Shown here in pieces: positions 23,937 through 38,056 of a stretch of 64,000 bases of DNA. Source of the stretch: Amphiscolops sp. MND2022 (lineage: Eukaryota); NCBI GenBank assembly GCA_964187785.1, contig OZ076409.1:84942001-85006000 (forward strand), read 5' to 3'. The position numbers and the translations under genes were made by a program. A model generated the notes under the pieces. That model did not search any database. It was not told the DNA's origin and saw only the letters and a program-made list of their open reading frames with translations. How positions within the stretch are numbered: the first letter of the stretch is position 1; each line of letters opens with the position of its first letter.

Positions 23937-24579
23937 TGACAGATAGTCCCTAAAAAGCTCTCAAAGTGCAATTCATTTTAATAATATCAAAAAATAGAGA
24001 ATATAAAGAGTAAAATTGAACGTACGATCTTCATTTGTTGAACGTGTAGTGGTAGTGTAAATTATTATCAGACGTTGGCAAAGTGCAGTGTTTCCTAATC
24101 AGGCGAAAGGTCAGAAGATGCAGTTTTCAAACTTGAAAATCGATTCAAGTCATCTGTGAAATTGAAAAAAGTTTTCCTAATTTGATATCTTGCGAGAGGT
24201 TCTGGCTGCAAGACAAAAATACATGCATGAAATGGATAATCAAGTAATCAGGTTGTCATGGCAAGAACACGCGTACAAGATCTCGGCGAGTTGTTTCCTA
24301 GAAACTGGTCATTTTTTCGTACCATCCCGGGTGACGAACATGGCTCATTCTCAACTTTTCAACCGTCATGGCTTTTTAAGGCATTTCATTCGATCACGGC
24401 TAATCATCCATCGTGATTTTCATTACATTCGAATCATTGCCAATGAGCCATGGTGATTCTCAATAAAATCAAATCATTGAAGATCCCTGGCCAAAAATGA
24501 TGCTTCGTTAACCAAGGAAGCTTTCAGCAAGTTTGTGATAAACTGTGCATTCAGCAAAAACGAATCAGGAGCGTCCAAA

Positions 24580-24795
24580 TTCGGATATTACGCACTATTT
24601 CAGAACCTCCACATCCTCTTTAGTAGAACGCAGTTTATTTCGGATATAACGTCAAAATTTCGGATATAACGTGCTGGGCCACATGTAAGCGCTTCTTTCG
24701 AATCTTGGTCTCCTGTTTAGTATAACACAATTTACATCGGATATAACGTCAAAAATTCGGATATTCATGCAGGGCCAAATGGGAGCGCTTTGTTT
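24580..24795. repeat. Dispersed repeat built from TTCGGATATAACGTCAAAA sub-units
   Basis: Motif repeated locally, and again near 50390-50520, 51140-51280, 52410-52790 and 53925-54300. Confidence 0.7.
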
Positions 24796-24914
24796 CAATG
24801 GGTATGTTCAATAAGTTTCCTTGCAAAACGGGCCGACTAAAAATCATCTAGTTTGGTCTCCTTTTCTAGCTGGATGCTTAGCGGTTGGCAAAATTTTCCA
24901 TCCCATCAAAAAAG

Positions 24915-26598
24915 TGTTACGACTATTTACCGGTGTTGTTTTAGAGTTAGTCGCAGTGTGAGTTTTGACGGGGGTAGACGTCCTAGCTACGGAAACATTT
25001 TCTGGTTCGGAGTCTGAGTCTTGAGCATTCATGTGGACAGTTTGTTTCTTGTTTAAAGGTGCTATCAGTTTAAGCATCTCCTTTTGGTTTTCCTCAAGTA
25101 TTTTAGTTAGATCAGACATAATCTCCTTCCTTAGAGACGTTTTTATCTCAGCCAGACCCTCAGGTTCTATTCTAGGAACTTTGCCTGAGCTAGCTAAGAG
25201 GTTTTCAGACGGAGAGTTTTCGGTTACAGAGGTTTCAAAATCTCCAGAAACTAACTCAGCTACAGCTTTCCTTTTCTGGATTCTAGTTGTCATTTCTGCG
25301 GTTAGAAAAGTAGATTCTTCGGCAAAAGGTGAATTCTTCGAAGAAAATTTTTGTCCAACGTTAAAGCAACGAAACAGTTTAAGTTTATTACAACTTGCAA
25401 AGTTAACTAACTAAATTTACATGCCTTTGTCTAAGTATTTATACCTTCTTAGCATCATTTGTTCCTCACCTAAAATTCCTAGGTATCACAAAATCAGGTT
25501 TGTTCATCAAAAAGCGCTAATGATTCAAATTATTTCAGTCCCGCGTCATAAAATCAGGTATCAAAATTTCTAGTTGCGTCAGTATTCCGTAAAACTTCGT
25601 TGAAATCATTTTTGTTCAAGCGATCTATTTCCTGTCTAAGCCTTGAAATTGCGGCAAAATGAAAGTCTAACTTCAACTTTTATTGGCGTGGGCACGCCGA
25701 CGTGAACGATTAGTCAATTCCTAACTCAGGAAAGTTGAGATTCGAAGTAAAAAGATGACTCGCAAAAATTGTAGCGGAACTAAAACGGAGCAAAGAGAAC
25801 ATGAGAACTCGGATATTTGAATATTATTGAGGAACAAGCGATGCCAAGAAAAATATAGTGATGACCAACAATTGATTTGCGTAAACCAAACAACTGTATC
25901 TACAATAAACTCAAACTTGACCTATACATGGCCATAACGTAACAAGTACAAATTACAGAGTACGAATATATAGGAAAAAATACACTTGCAGGGAATAATT
26001 ACTTTGCACCCGATTGAACATCGTATATGAATAAATAGAACAGTTATCCTGCAAGAATAGCACTTGGTTTGAATTTGACGTTAACCTTACGTTACGTTCT
26101 GTGAAATATTTTAACGATAAACCACTACTTATTGAATACATAAATCTCTTAATGTAACGTAAGATAAACGTGATTTGGGAAATTGTTGGAATAGCATCGT
26201 TACCCTTCAATCATTGTTTTAACTTATCTTTACAGTACAACCTTTTACATGAGGACTTATTTCCAGAACCCTTTAAGTGCGTCGATTCAGAAAAACCCTT
26301 ATTTGATTTCCGTTTACACTAATGCTTCATCGCTACTATTTTACGAATTGCTCCGTAGATGCTCCGTACGTATTAAGATTGGTTATAGCTGAGCAGCAGT
26401 AGCAGGCGGAGTGAAAACGGAGAGCGTAGGCGATTCTATTCTCTTTTCTTAGCTAGTAAGCGTTGCTAGGGGCAACCAAGCGCAATTCTATTGGTATGAA
26501 CTCAGATAATTCCGCCAGCGAGCGACGCTATTGGTCCGTAAAAATAGAAACACCCGTTGCTAGCCTAGTTGAGTGACGCTGTCATAACGTTGTAAACA
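24915..26598 (-). mobile_element. Probable solo LTR of a second Gypsy-like family carrying a gag N-terminal ORF (25293-24915); right boundary uncertain
   Basis: Minus-strand end ...GTCGTAACA at 24915. 126-codon ORF MTTRIQKRK...coiled coil...DSDSE...VNSRN is organised like the LTR-borne gag N-terminus of copies A and B. No TSD found. Confidence 0.55.
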
Positions 26599-26689
26599 TT
26601 TACTTAAAATCACTTGACTGTGGTTTTAAGTGGATATTTAACAACTACTTTAATATTGGAATACATTTCCACTCAATTTTTGTATGTTT

Positions 26690-27412
26690 TTAGTCGGCGC
26701 TTCATGAAGTGAAACGCGACTATTATAGTGACTTTTCTTTTTTTTTTTTTCAATCCACACGAACTGACCAAAATAGTTCTTAAAAGTTCTACAAAATATT
26801 ATTGGTCCAAAATGCACTATTTGGTCTAGCGAACTGAACCAAAAAGGTTTTTCCTGTTTTCCCGCGTTCCATACCATACCCGGGGAGACCAAAGGGTCCC
26901 CCCTTCCAATTTTTTTCGGCACTGCGAGACTTTTTTCCCGGAATTTTTTTTTCTTCAAAGGGTCCCCCCCTTCAACTTTTTTGCTGTTTTGCGACAGAAT
27001 GGATGTTGGAAAATCCCAAAAGTTCCCCCTTCCAGTTTTTTCGGCACTGTGAGATTTTTTTCCGAAAAAAATCCCCCCTTCAATTTTTTGATGTTTTGCG
27101 ACAGAATGGATGTTGAAAAATCCCAAAGGGTCCCCCCTTTCAGTTTTTCGGCATTGTGAGATTCATTCGAAAATTTTTTTCTCCAAAGGGTTCCCCCTTC
27201 AACTGCGACAAAAATGTTGACAATTTGGGAAGTGTCCTCCTTTCAGGCGCGCCACTCTGTCCATTTTTTGGAGTAGGTAATTTTTTCAAAAAATTTTTTC
27301 GTAAAATTTTCGATTTTCGAGTACTGTAAAAGAGAATATTTGACACTTGGAAGTCTTTTTGCTATTTTTGAGCCTTGGATATGGCGCCGACTTGGGCCGG
27401 TCCCGGCTTGTT
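26690..27412 (+). mobile_element. Non-autonomous Helentron-type element (second family)
   Basis: SubTIRs AGTCGGCGC (26692-26700) and GCGCCGACT (27384-27392). Hairpin GCCGG-TC-CCGGC then CTTGTT. Internal AAAGGGTCCCCCCTT...TTCGGCACTG.GAGA repeats. Confidence 0.75.
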
Positions 27413-28841
27413 TCATTTTAGATCGTATGCACTCCGTTGGGATCTCGGAGTTGAATATTATTTTCGATGTTTTCATTTTAGTGTGGAACGGAAGAAAAAT
27501 GATCCCGATTAGAGAATGTTTCTGTCTTAATGTTTAGATTAGTATGGCTAAATTCAGAAGACAATACCGGAAATGAGAGTAGCGTTACGCGTGAAAATAT
27601 TTGACCGGAAGTTTTAGCTAGTTTAGAATCATTTCTGAAAAATATTCCGTAACGTTTACGTTGGATTTTCGCATTCGGGGAATTACTTGCAGTTAATTTA
27701 GCTGTACTGTAAAAAGAGTTTAGGTTAGTTTATCAAAGTTTCTAAGTTTAATGATAATTACCTTGGCCTTTTCCCCGGCCTCTACCAAATCCTGGGATGC
27801 TGCTGCAACAGGTGAAATTACGACCGGGAGCGGTTCGTGACAAAAAGTATTTGTATTCTGAAAAAGTTAAAGCATTTACTGGTTTTCGATTCGAGAAGGT
27901 TGAAGCTGTTCAGTGTTAGAAAGTTGGAGAGCGTTTAAAGACGTGAATTATAGAATTGCATACAAAATATAATAACTTAGTAATAAGAATAATTGTTGTT
28001 ATGCAGTGGACTGGTTTTGTAGTGAGTTCTAGTGAATGTTCCTCAACTAAATGTAGTTCAGTTACATCCAATCTGGAGTTGGCCTCTCAATGGCTGCAGC
28101 CATGGTTATTTTCATCGGTCCACATCAGTTCTACACGGGCATGTCACCAAGTTTTCGGGCGTATCACGATGCAGATAATGATGATTTTGTATCTTGAAAA
28201 GCTACTGTTTGATTTCCATTTCTGGCATATGGATTTGATTTTTACAGTTAAACTGCTGTCGAGAGTGAATGAACGACATTTGTCAGATATTGTCGCGATT
28301 TCGAAGATTCTCACAATATTTATAGGACTTGTTTCCACTCTTCATTGACAAGACTTGTGTTGTTGAAAAGTTGTTTTCCATTTGACAAGATCCAGGTGCT
28401 GATGCATTTCTTGTCGTTTTTCAGGCGTTTTTTTCAAACGTGTGTTGACGTGATATGCAACCCAAACTAAAATTTTCAAATATTGAGAACACCCAGCTTT
28501 ATAGGCTAATGCAGCCACATTCGACCTTTTGTATCTGCGAACGATACATTGCAGGTCAGAACTCCGTTAAGCTCTAAGCGGAGTTAAAGACAATATATAG
28601 TAACTCAATTTGTTCCCAGCCACTCCTTAGTTAATAACTAACTCTTTTGTTATAACAGTACCCACTTTGCAGTGTGATTCTCAATTATTTCGAGAAAAAT
28701 TACAAACATTTCAGCAAAAGCTGCCAAAAATTGATGATTGCAATCTTGTTTTCAATTTGGTGATTGTATTGGACCGGTGGTTGAGGAATATCTTGTAATT
28801 TCATCAGTGTATGCGTTAATTGACTATATTATCCTAATTTT

Positions 28842-29030
28842 TTTATGGCTCCAGGTTGACCATAGACTGAACCATATATGGCTCAGAATATGGTCAGGCT
28901 GGAACCATAAACTTTGCTTTTTTATGGTTCCAGGCTGATCATAGACTGGACCATATATGTCCAGAGTATGGTCAGCCTGGAACCATAAACCTTTATGGTC
29001 AAGATTATGACCAGCCTGGAATCATACTGT
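28842..29030. repeat. Tandem ~79-bp units, each a ~69-bp imperfect palindrome
   Basis: TTTATGG(C/T)TCCAGG.TGA.CATA...TATGGTCAG.CTGGAACCATAAA at 28842-28911 and 28921-28989, plus a partial unit. Confidence 0.85.
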
Positions 29031-30838
29031 GAATATGATGGCAGAGTATGATTGACCTGCTTTTGTATGGGAGGGAAACCCGGGTGAAGCTAATGCTTCG
29101 TGAAATGAAAAGCATGATAACTTTCAAAACTTACACTCACCGTCGAAACTCACTTGAACGATCTGGGCATCCAGACTACACAGGAACATTTTTAGAAGGA
29201 AGAACAAAAAACGGGAACACTTTCAAACACTTGTTTGAAAATGAAAACATGAGGGAGTAATGTCAAGTAAAAATGCCCCCACAGATCTGAAAACAAGTTC
29301 ATACTTTTACATTGGTTTCGAAAATGGAAATTCTGAATTTAGCATTAGAAGTGTATTCTCATTGGCGAAACTTCTCATCCTTAGAGGGATGAATATTTTG
29401 CCAACCGCATAGTGAACCGGATAGACCACATTTTGTTTTGTTATCTACGTTACATTAACATTAAAAAATAATTTTCTTTTCTTTAGTATTCTTAATTTTA
29501 GCGTTTTCATTTTCGTCTTTTTTTCGAAGGCTTTCTTCCTCGCTATTATTGTACAAAAAACACAGTATTTTAGTTACAGAGCGGATAAACAATTTGTTCA
29601 CGAAGTCGGCACCTGCCAGTGGACTATTGTTCAAAAATGCCAAAGTCGTTTCAGTATGCCAAGGGCTTTTTCCAAATCAAAAATTTTTGGCACTTTTCAG
29701 TTGCCTGGAGGGAGAAATAGTGGAATCAAGGATTATATCTGGATCTTAAACTGTCACATGAAGGTTTCTGGTTTGGTTTTTGGACATTTTATCCTGAAAC
29801 TTTCACCTCCTTACAAAAAAATTTGCTTCTGGGGGAAAAAACCAAAATGTTTTTGACTTTCAACAAAAATTTCATTTTAAAAAAAAGTCGTTCACTGAAA
29901 ACAGCTGGCTTTAAACCGTTTTGTGTTTAGATAGGCTTTTTTGCTTATAATATTACGAGATTTATCAGGAAAACAATGCTTTTCTGCGTCTTTTTCACCA
30001 GAACTATCAAAAAACCACATCTTTGTGGAAACTTTGTGAAATAAAATTGTTCTGAAAAAGTCGCACAGTACCGGTACGTCCGAACAAAGGACTCTTTAGT
30101 CTTAGAAATAGGATTTTTCGAAAACCCTCTCACAGTGCGGAAAAATAACCCGTAAAATAAACCTTGAAAGTTTTTTTAAATCAATAATTTTGTCTAAATT
30201 TGAAAGGGAAAACCCTTCGAACAATTCACTACTTTGTAGGAATTTCATAACAATTCGGCATTCGGCATGAAAATGGTTACTTCGAGTGAAAAAACAACAT
30301 GACGAATAAAAAGTCGCGGATTATTTCATACTACTAAAAACATTAGGACTCTGTAATTTTGCAGTCAAACGTAATCATATGAACTTTCAATCAATGAACG
30401 AATTGAGAAATTTACTGGAATGAGTGCTCAAAAACCTGACTTTATGTCATGAGATCATTAATTTATCAATTACAATACTGTCAATCCTAATAGTAGTTAT
30501 CTAGACAAGATGATGATTAAACTCTAATCATGAAACGACATTTCAGGCCTGATCACAAAACAAAATGAAATGTTTTACTAACATGAGCACTTTCCAATTC
30601 GAATCAATTCAGATAAAAAACAACATCAAAAATGTAAGAATGTAATTTTGTCGAATTTCAATCGCATAGTGGGTAACTAATACAAAAACCGTTTTGATTG
30701 GACAAAAACCGAGATTTCCTGTTCATCAAAATACCAGGAGCCCGTTTTTTCTCTTGCTTTTTTTGCGAAAATTAAAGGGAGAATTTACGCAACTAGAATA
30801 GCTGCTTGAGGTCTTTTTTGGTACAATTCAAGTTTATA

Positions 30839-31554
30839 TGTAACGTCAAGCAAGTAACGCACATACCAGAACTGGGACAGTACTTAAGTTGCCTAGACAG
30901 GAGACCATAGTCCTATAACAAGCCTAAATACTAGTTTTTCATCCCTAAAGGTCTCCTAGGGACTTTTCCAAAACACCGTGGAGACTCCTCTTATTAGAGC
31001 TCCGTGGCGACGTGCCGGCACACTCAAAGTCCGGACACGTCCCACAAGCGTGTAAAAACGTTCCTAAAGGCTTCCCGCGGCCCTACATACTTCCGAGGTC
31101 CGAAAACAGGGTTCTAGCTGAAATGCATTCTATTTCAGAAAATAACGTCTAAATACTCCATAGCAAGGATCTGACAGATCCGACATCATCAAAAATCTGT
31201 AAATCAATACTAATGACATTAGAATCAATCAAGATTCGCATTTCTGGCATGTTTCTATCGGATTCGCGATTCTCTTCATCTTCTTTGCTGTGGGATATCG
31301 GAATCTCAGAACGTTTTCGTATTAAAAACGCACTTTTCTGGGGAGATGACACAAATCCGAGCATTTTTCTTGTTCTTCCACATCGTGTCAGTGTCTTTTC
31401 TTCTTTTTTGGGTCGGGGTTGGGTTCGTCTGTCTTCTTTTTTGCTTCCTTTTTGGTTTCAACGACCTGCCAGGTCGGCCATTTTGACTCGCACACTTTCT
31501 GGTTCTTGATCGAATTTTTCATCGAAAATTTGGTGCTGACTGGTGGACGTTACA
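30839..31554. mobile_element. Second complete copy of the TGTAACGTC...GACGTTACA element
   Basis: Same termini, flanked by ATA/ATA. Homologous to 21694-22395. Confidence 0.85.
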
Positions 31555-31587
31555 ATATTTTCAGTCCATTTTGCCAAATTGGAAAGG

Positions 31588-31960
31588 AACAAGCTGTTGA
31601 CGGCATAAGTCGGCGCCATATCTAAGGCTCAAAAATAGCAAAAGGATTCTTTAACAGTACCCGAAAAACTCAAAAGTTGAAGCAAACTGGTCCGTCAGCG
31701 CGCTAAAAGGGGGGCCCTTTCGGATTTTTCAACATTCGTTGTTGTAAAACAAAAAAATTGAGGGCCCCTTTGGGGGAACATTTTTTTCGAAAAATAGTTT
31801 CACAATGAGGAAAAAACGGAAAGGGGAACACTTTAGTCTCGCCCTGTATTGTATGTTACGCGGAAAAAAAGAAAAAAAAAACATTTTGGTTCAGTTCGTT
31901 GGGCCAACATGTACAATTTGGCGCATTAAAACTTTGTAGAACTTCGTAGAGACTTTTGGA
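31588..31960 (-). mobile_element. Helentron-type element fragment (same family as 26690-27412)
   Basis: AACAAG...AGTCGGCGCCATATCTAAGGCTCAAAAATAGCAAA is the reverse complement of the 27360-27412 end. Confidence 0.7.
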
Positions 31961-32988
31961 CGTTTTTAATTGTGACGAAAATGACCTCAAAATGACCACA
32001 AAAGTTCCAACTTACAACATTTTAATGCAATTTCGTTTTTGCAGATTTTGAATCGTTACGTTGGTTAGAATATTCAAAAATTTCCAAAACTGGCTTTATT
32101 GGACGGTTTTTTGAAGAAAAATCATGATAGCTTCATTGTAAAAAAAAACATCAAATAACCTTAAAAATGGTCCAGTTTTAGGCACTTTTGTACAGTTTTT
32201 GGATCATCCAAAGAATTGAAAAAGGAACCAATTAGCTATTCCTTACGCTGTTGCGAGCAATCAAATTATTTCTGTTGTAAAAACGTCTCAAAGTTACGCC
32301 AAAAATGCTGCACGCCCATTTTCTGACTTCGAAAACTTTTGTGAAGTTTTAGAGTGAAACAGCCGCAGAGTTCAACAACGAAAGGAAGAGTATTTGTTTA
32401 CGACGTTCGGTATGGGAAAACGATTTGAAATGCCACCAAAAAAGACAAAAATTTCAAATGTTTCATCGCTAAGTCGTTACTTTAAAGTTTTTCATTGTTT
32501 TCAAAGCTCAAATTCATCAGAGAGTAGTTCCACGTCGACAAAAACAACTATACCACATTCTTTTTGATAGATAAATTTTATTTATGCTTTTAGGGCGATG
32601 ATGTGGAGATCTTCCAAAACCAACGAAATCTCGATTTCGATTGTTTCAGACTTTTCTTGTAACGTTTTTTAAAAATGTTTGCAAGGTTATGAACGGTAAC
32701 AGAGCTCAACAACAAAGCATTCATTGATCTAGGGGACCTTCCAGAAGAGAAACCACAATTTATTAAAGCAGGGCAAAACATGCTTCTCTTTCACTAATTT
32801 ACATTTCAATGCAACTCTTGTCCAACTTCTGGATTTTTGTTAGATTCGGCTATAGACCTGAATTGTCAGAAATGAGAAGAATATCTATTTAGCGTAACAT
32901 TAAATTGACAAACCCAATTTTTTCACGTGAATAAGCCTTAGATTCACCCAAAAAAACAAAAAAAATCTCTACTTTTCTAGCGACTAAT

Positions 32989-34314
32989 TTCTAGCGACTA
33001 ATTAGGCCATTACAGAGATCCCGGATTCGGAAGCAATCGCTCTGTCGTCGCCACAATTTGGGTACTCATCTGTGTAACGGCAAGCTGAATGATTCATAAG
33101 ATGGGAAGACACATTGAGGAATCCTTCTTTTAGCACGGAACAGGCGACCATCTGCCTACAGGTTCGTTTCGCCTCTTTAGGATAGAAAATGACCAATGGG
33201 CGAGGAAATGCTGCTTCAGCTGAATACTCCCCGACCAGTTCTAGTCTCTGACTGCTAGAAGTAATGGGAATTTGAACGGACAACTTCTTAGGAACACCGT
33301 TCTACTAGCGCTCATACACTGGGCCTAGAATGTTGTAAATTTACAAATCGAGGATGACTACTGGTCGAACGTCTCAAAATGCTAAAAGAAGCTCTCGAGC
33401 TCAGAATTACAGGTATGAATGACGAAATATTTTATAAACTTTACTAGTTCAACAAAGACTGTAAACTGGTTTTATGCTTTCATTTTGGTCATGTAACATT
33501 ATTTATAAAGCAGGCCGTTGTTGTACTGGAGCTACATAAACATTGTTATACGTCCAATAAACCATATTTGCTAAGGTTTGTTCATAAAAAATGCTAATAA
33601 GATTAACACTATTTTTTTCATGCCAATGATTTGAAATAAATTTGTGCTGTCTGAATGCCCATGAGTGACTTTTGTGTCATTGTACATCTTTTTATGAAGC
33701 ATCTTTTTGATAGACGTCAATGTTCATTTTTGGGGTATATGACTATGAGCCTTTATGCGAAAGGGAAAGGGTGAGTCGTAGACACTTGAAAAAAGTCCAA
33801 GATTGGTTCCCCTTCAGTTTCCATCTCATGAACATGGCAAAAAAATCTTGAATGGGTGGAAACACCTGTTCGACAGCCTTCTAGCGACTAATTAGGCCAT
33901 TACAGAGATCCCGGATTCGGAAGCAATCGCTCTGTCGTCGCCACAATTTGGGTACTCATCTGTGTAACGGCAAGCTGAATGATTCATAAGATGGGAAGAC
34001 ACATTAAGGAATCCTTCTTTTAGCACGGAACAGGCGACCATCTGCCTACAGGTTCGTTTTGCCTCTTTAGGATAGAAAACGACCAATGGGCGAGGAAATC
34101 CTGCTTCAGCTGAATACTCCCCGGCCGGTTCTAGTCTCTGACTGCTAGAAGTAATGGGCATTTCAATGGGAAACTTTTTAGAAACACCGTTCTACTAGCG
34201 CTCATACACTGGGCCTAGAATTTTGTAAAGTTACAAATCGAGGATGACTACTGGTCGAACGTCTGAAAATTCCAAAAGTAGCTCTCGAGCTCAGAATTAC
34301 TGGAATGAATGACG
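32989..34314. repeat. Two ~435-bp direct repeats (32989-33424 and 33879-34314)
   Basis: High nucleotide identity. Both carry the same ~90-codon minus-strand ORF. Confidence 0.9.
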
Positions 34315-35962
34315 TAATCAATACTAAAAAAACTTTACAACAGAAGCTAAAAGCTGAAGCTCCGAGTACCAAGCAAAAATTTTCTTGCGTTCTGCTGTTT
34401 TCGCTAATTCATGTTGCCTGTGCTGAAATACATCAAAGCTGTGACACTCTCGTCGTCTGTATTTCGTCTGCTGTCTTCTTCGTTTTTCAGCCAAAACGGC
34501 GGAAACAGTGGAAAGAGCAGTCACATGACAAATGCCACGTTGGCAGTTGTATCGAAAGATTTCAACAAATTTTTTTCATCACCAACATGTTAAAATATGT
34601 GTGTAACGCTATGAAATTAGAAGAAGACCTGACAAAATATCTCTAGCTTGCGTCCTTTGAAACCTTTGTGAGCTATTTTGAAATGTACGTCTTTTTAAAG
34701 CTATTTTCCAGTAGTGTATTTGGTACAGGAGATATAAAGACCTAACACTTGTTTTTATGTCGACTTGTAAACATCATAAACTTGCAGTAGTAAATAGTTT
34801 GTTCATGATTGTGTTGGTAAGATGTTGTATTTCTCGGAACGTTGATAGAGGACTGTAAAATTAGTGTGGAGTTCTAAAAAAATACGTTGAAATGTACTAT
34901 AAAATTGTTTGACCCAACTCATCATAGTTGTTCAGTCACATTGGTCTTATTTGATCTTTCGAGGCTACAAATGAACGTGCAAGATCAATGTGAATTGCTT
35001 CTAGAGCGTTTTCTAGTAGATTCGTCATTGTTACTGTATCGCTCTATTTCACTAAAAAATTTTAATTTTCATCAAGTCAGAGAATCAATATAGTCAATGT
35101 TAAAACGTGATACAGGACAAAATGCATTCCTGTAACGAACTGAACCGTCTCTATAGCTGTTGGTTACAGCATCATAGTTCCTACTCATGGATTGCGTGAG
35201 TTGTTTTTGACTGATGATTTCATTATTGGGACCTTATGAGGGCCATAATTCTCCATAAATGCAATAACGTTCAAAGATTAAAAGTTTTGATTCATAGTTT
35301 CAAACCGGTGTCTTCTTTCTTTCATAAGCGATAATGGATAATCGAAAAATGCGAAATTAGCATTTGGTATAAACAAGCAATATCCATTACAAATTTTCCA
35401 CCACTATCTAACGTAGATTTAAAAAGCAAAGAATTTTAGAGCTGAAGCGGCTCTGTTTTCAAAACATACCAGATCGGTAAAAAATGTTCAAAGAGACTAC
35501 CAGGCACCATATATTTGTGAAGTGTAAAGCGTTTCTTTCTTATAACCCCATTAACGAAAAGGTGTCATTATGAAGCGATGTCAATTTACAAAAACATCAA
35601 AGCAAAAACCATTGTAATTGATTGATTTTTCAAAATGAAAGGCGCTAGAAATTGATAGCATAGTACTTAGAGGGAAACCTTCGAATTTGAAAAACCTTTT
35701 GAAGTACTAAGAAAAATTAAAATGGACAGAATTAGTAAAAAATATTTTCAAATATTTTGATCAACTAACACATTCGATTCACCGGTTCTAACAAAAAGAG
35801 CGTCTCAATTTGCGCTGCATCAATGCAACAATGTAGATACCAATGAAACTACTAAAAGCTTACTCAAAAACCGGAAACCTTGCAAGATTCCTTCCAATGA
35901 AAATTAAGGATACCTAAAGACAATGTAACCTTTTTGACTAAATCTTCTTAAAAAACACTCTC

Positions 35963-37046
35963 TGTGATAATCCTCTTAATCGGATTCTTCGTTTGAAACT
36001 ATCGTTACATCTACGTCTGATTCGTTTTGCAATAAAGGTTTTGCAGGATGTTTTAGGTCTTTCATTTTTGAAGCTCCTAGAGGAAAATCGTCGTTTTCAG
36101 AATCTGAGATCTCGTTGTTAGATGCGTGAACTCCCATAGATTTATTTAGTTTTGAATCCTGAAGGTTGTGAATCTTGTATTTTGTTAACATCTCATCTTG
36201 GGTTTGTTACTGTCGAAATACTTTTGGTAGACTTGATCTCTTTTAGAACTACTTCAAGTTTTTTGTCCATCTCCTCTCTCATATTTTCTATCCTATGACT
36301 GTTTTTTTGTTCAATTATTTGGGTCCAAGCTTGGATTTCGTTACTGATTTGAGTGGATTCGGTCAATTGATTTTCTGAGTTGTTCTCACCTAAATTGTCT
36401 TGAGCCACCTTATTAATATTAGTTAAAGTTCCGTTACCTGTGTTAGGCGTTTCTACTTGAGTTACTTCTATTTCTCTATCTGGAGACAGTGTCTGAAGTC
36501 TTCTGGACCTTCAATTCCTCCTATTTCCCATCTCAGTCAAATGAAAAACGTATTTTAGTTGTTGGGGAAGAATTTGAATTACATCAAAGTATCTTAGATC
36601 CAAAAGAAGGTGATGAAAACAGAGCAATTATTGAGAGAATTCGCTCGTACAACGTTGTCAGAAAGGTAGATTTAACAACTGATTGCGGTGAGGGTTGAAA
36701 ATTGATTGATCTCAAAATTATAATCACTCTACTTCTGGAAAACTAAAAGCATGAAACTCCTTTTTAGAGAAGTCATGGGAAACAAGGATACAAAAACAGA
36801 ATAACATCATCATTACGTCAGGAAAATTACATCACGCACAAAGTTGAAGAATAGGTCTTAGGAACCCTGGAAAAACATCACAAAATGCAAAACAGCGTGC
36901 GGTTACAAATACAATTCACATGTATAATGGCAACGTCTATTTTGAAAGGTTAATAGGCTGAAAACGCATACTGACGGGTATACGTCACTTGTCGAACCAC
37001 AGGGTTGGTGCCGTATAGTGTTATTCAGCATAGTGACGAGTAATAG
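35963..37046 (-). repeat. Truncated 3' LTR copy (duplicated unit 1)
   Basis: Homologous to 46754-47835. Carries a degenerate gag N-terminal ORF. Not followed by a PBS. Confidence 0.9.
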
Positions 37047-38056
37047 AAGGGGAAACCCCATTGTACTGTGCGAATTGGAAATGTAGGCTCTTGGAATCTG
37101 TCAAGTCCCCCTCTTGGAGGTAGTTGTATTATCAATGGAGTCATGTTCCCGACAGTGAGATCATTTTGCCCCTTCATAACTTGGCATGACGGGGACATCC
37201 GCAGTATCCACATTTCGCAGTTGATGTAAGGTAGGATTCCAGTCATCTTGCACATTTTCTTGTTGCGGGTGAAACGCTGAGACCTCCGGATTGTAGTTCG
37301 AAGAAAAAGTGGTTAGCACTCTACTAACTTATACTAACTTCGTTTGTCTGGTTGCCATTCCTACATGGAGTGGGGAGGGTTGCAGCAGTTGGGCGACCAT
37401 AACTATTTACCAGTGTAAAGCTAATCATGGCTGTGTCAGGGCCATCAGGGGATTCACTTGCCCTTCGAATTCGCTATTCATAAATGATGTGCGCGAAGCA
37501 AGACTAGGGATACGGTTCCCTTTGATTAGCTCCATTAACTCCTGCTCAATGCCTCTTCCTGCAGTATCGATTGTGCCATCTTGGGGAATGGTGACACTAT
37601 CAGCCGGGAAAAACATGGCCGTCACAGCTCCCTTGAAAGTCGTCATGGCGTCGTGAGCTGCAGTTTTGACCCTGAACCTTTCTTCTATCTGAGGGACGTT
37701 GTAAAACCATTGTGATTGATTTCTCAAAATGAAAGGCGCTAGAAATTGATAGCATAGTACTTAGAGGGAAACCTTCGAATTTGAAAAACCTTTCGAAGTA
37801 CTAAGAAAAATTAAAATGGACAGAATTAGTAAAACATATTTTCAAATATTTTGATCAATTAACACATTCGATTCACCGGTTCTAACAAAAAGAGCGTCTC
37901 AAGTTGCGCTGCATCAATGCAACAATGTAGATACCAATGAAACTACTAAAAGCTTACTCAAAAACCGGAAACCTTGCAAGATTCCTTCCAATGAAAATTA
38001 AGGATACCTAAAGAGAATGTAACCTTTTTGACTAAATCTTCTTAAAAAACACTCTC

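Noticed and set aside
26581..26598. Exact right end and TSD for the putative solo LTR starting at 24915
   Set aside because: No CA end followed by AAAG/AAAAG was found, so the boundary is left approximate.
28060..28560. Long, mostly open minus-strand frame with SFSRYKII, faintly hAT-like
   Set aside because: Contains stops, and the similarity is too weak to call by eye.
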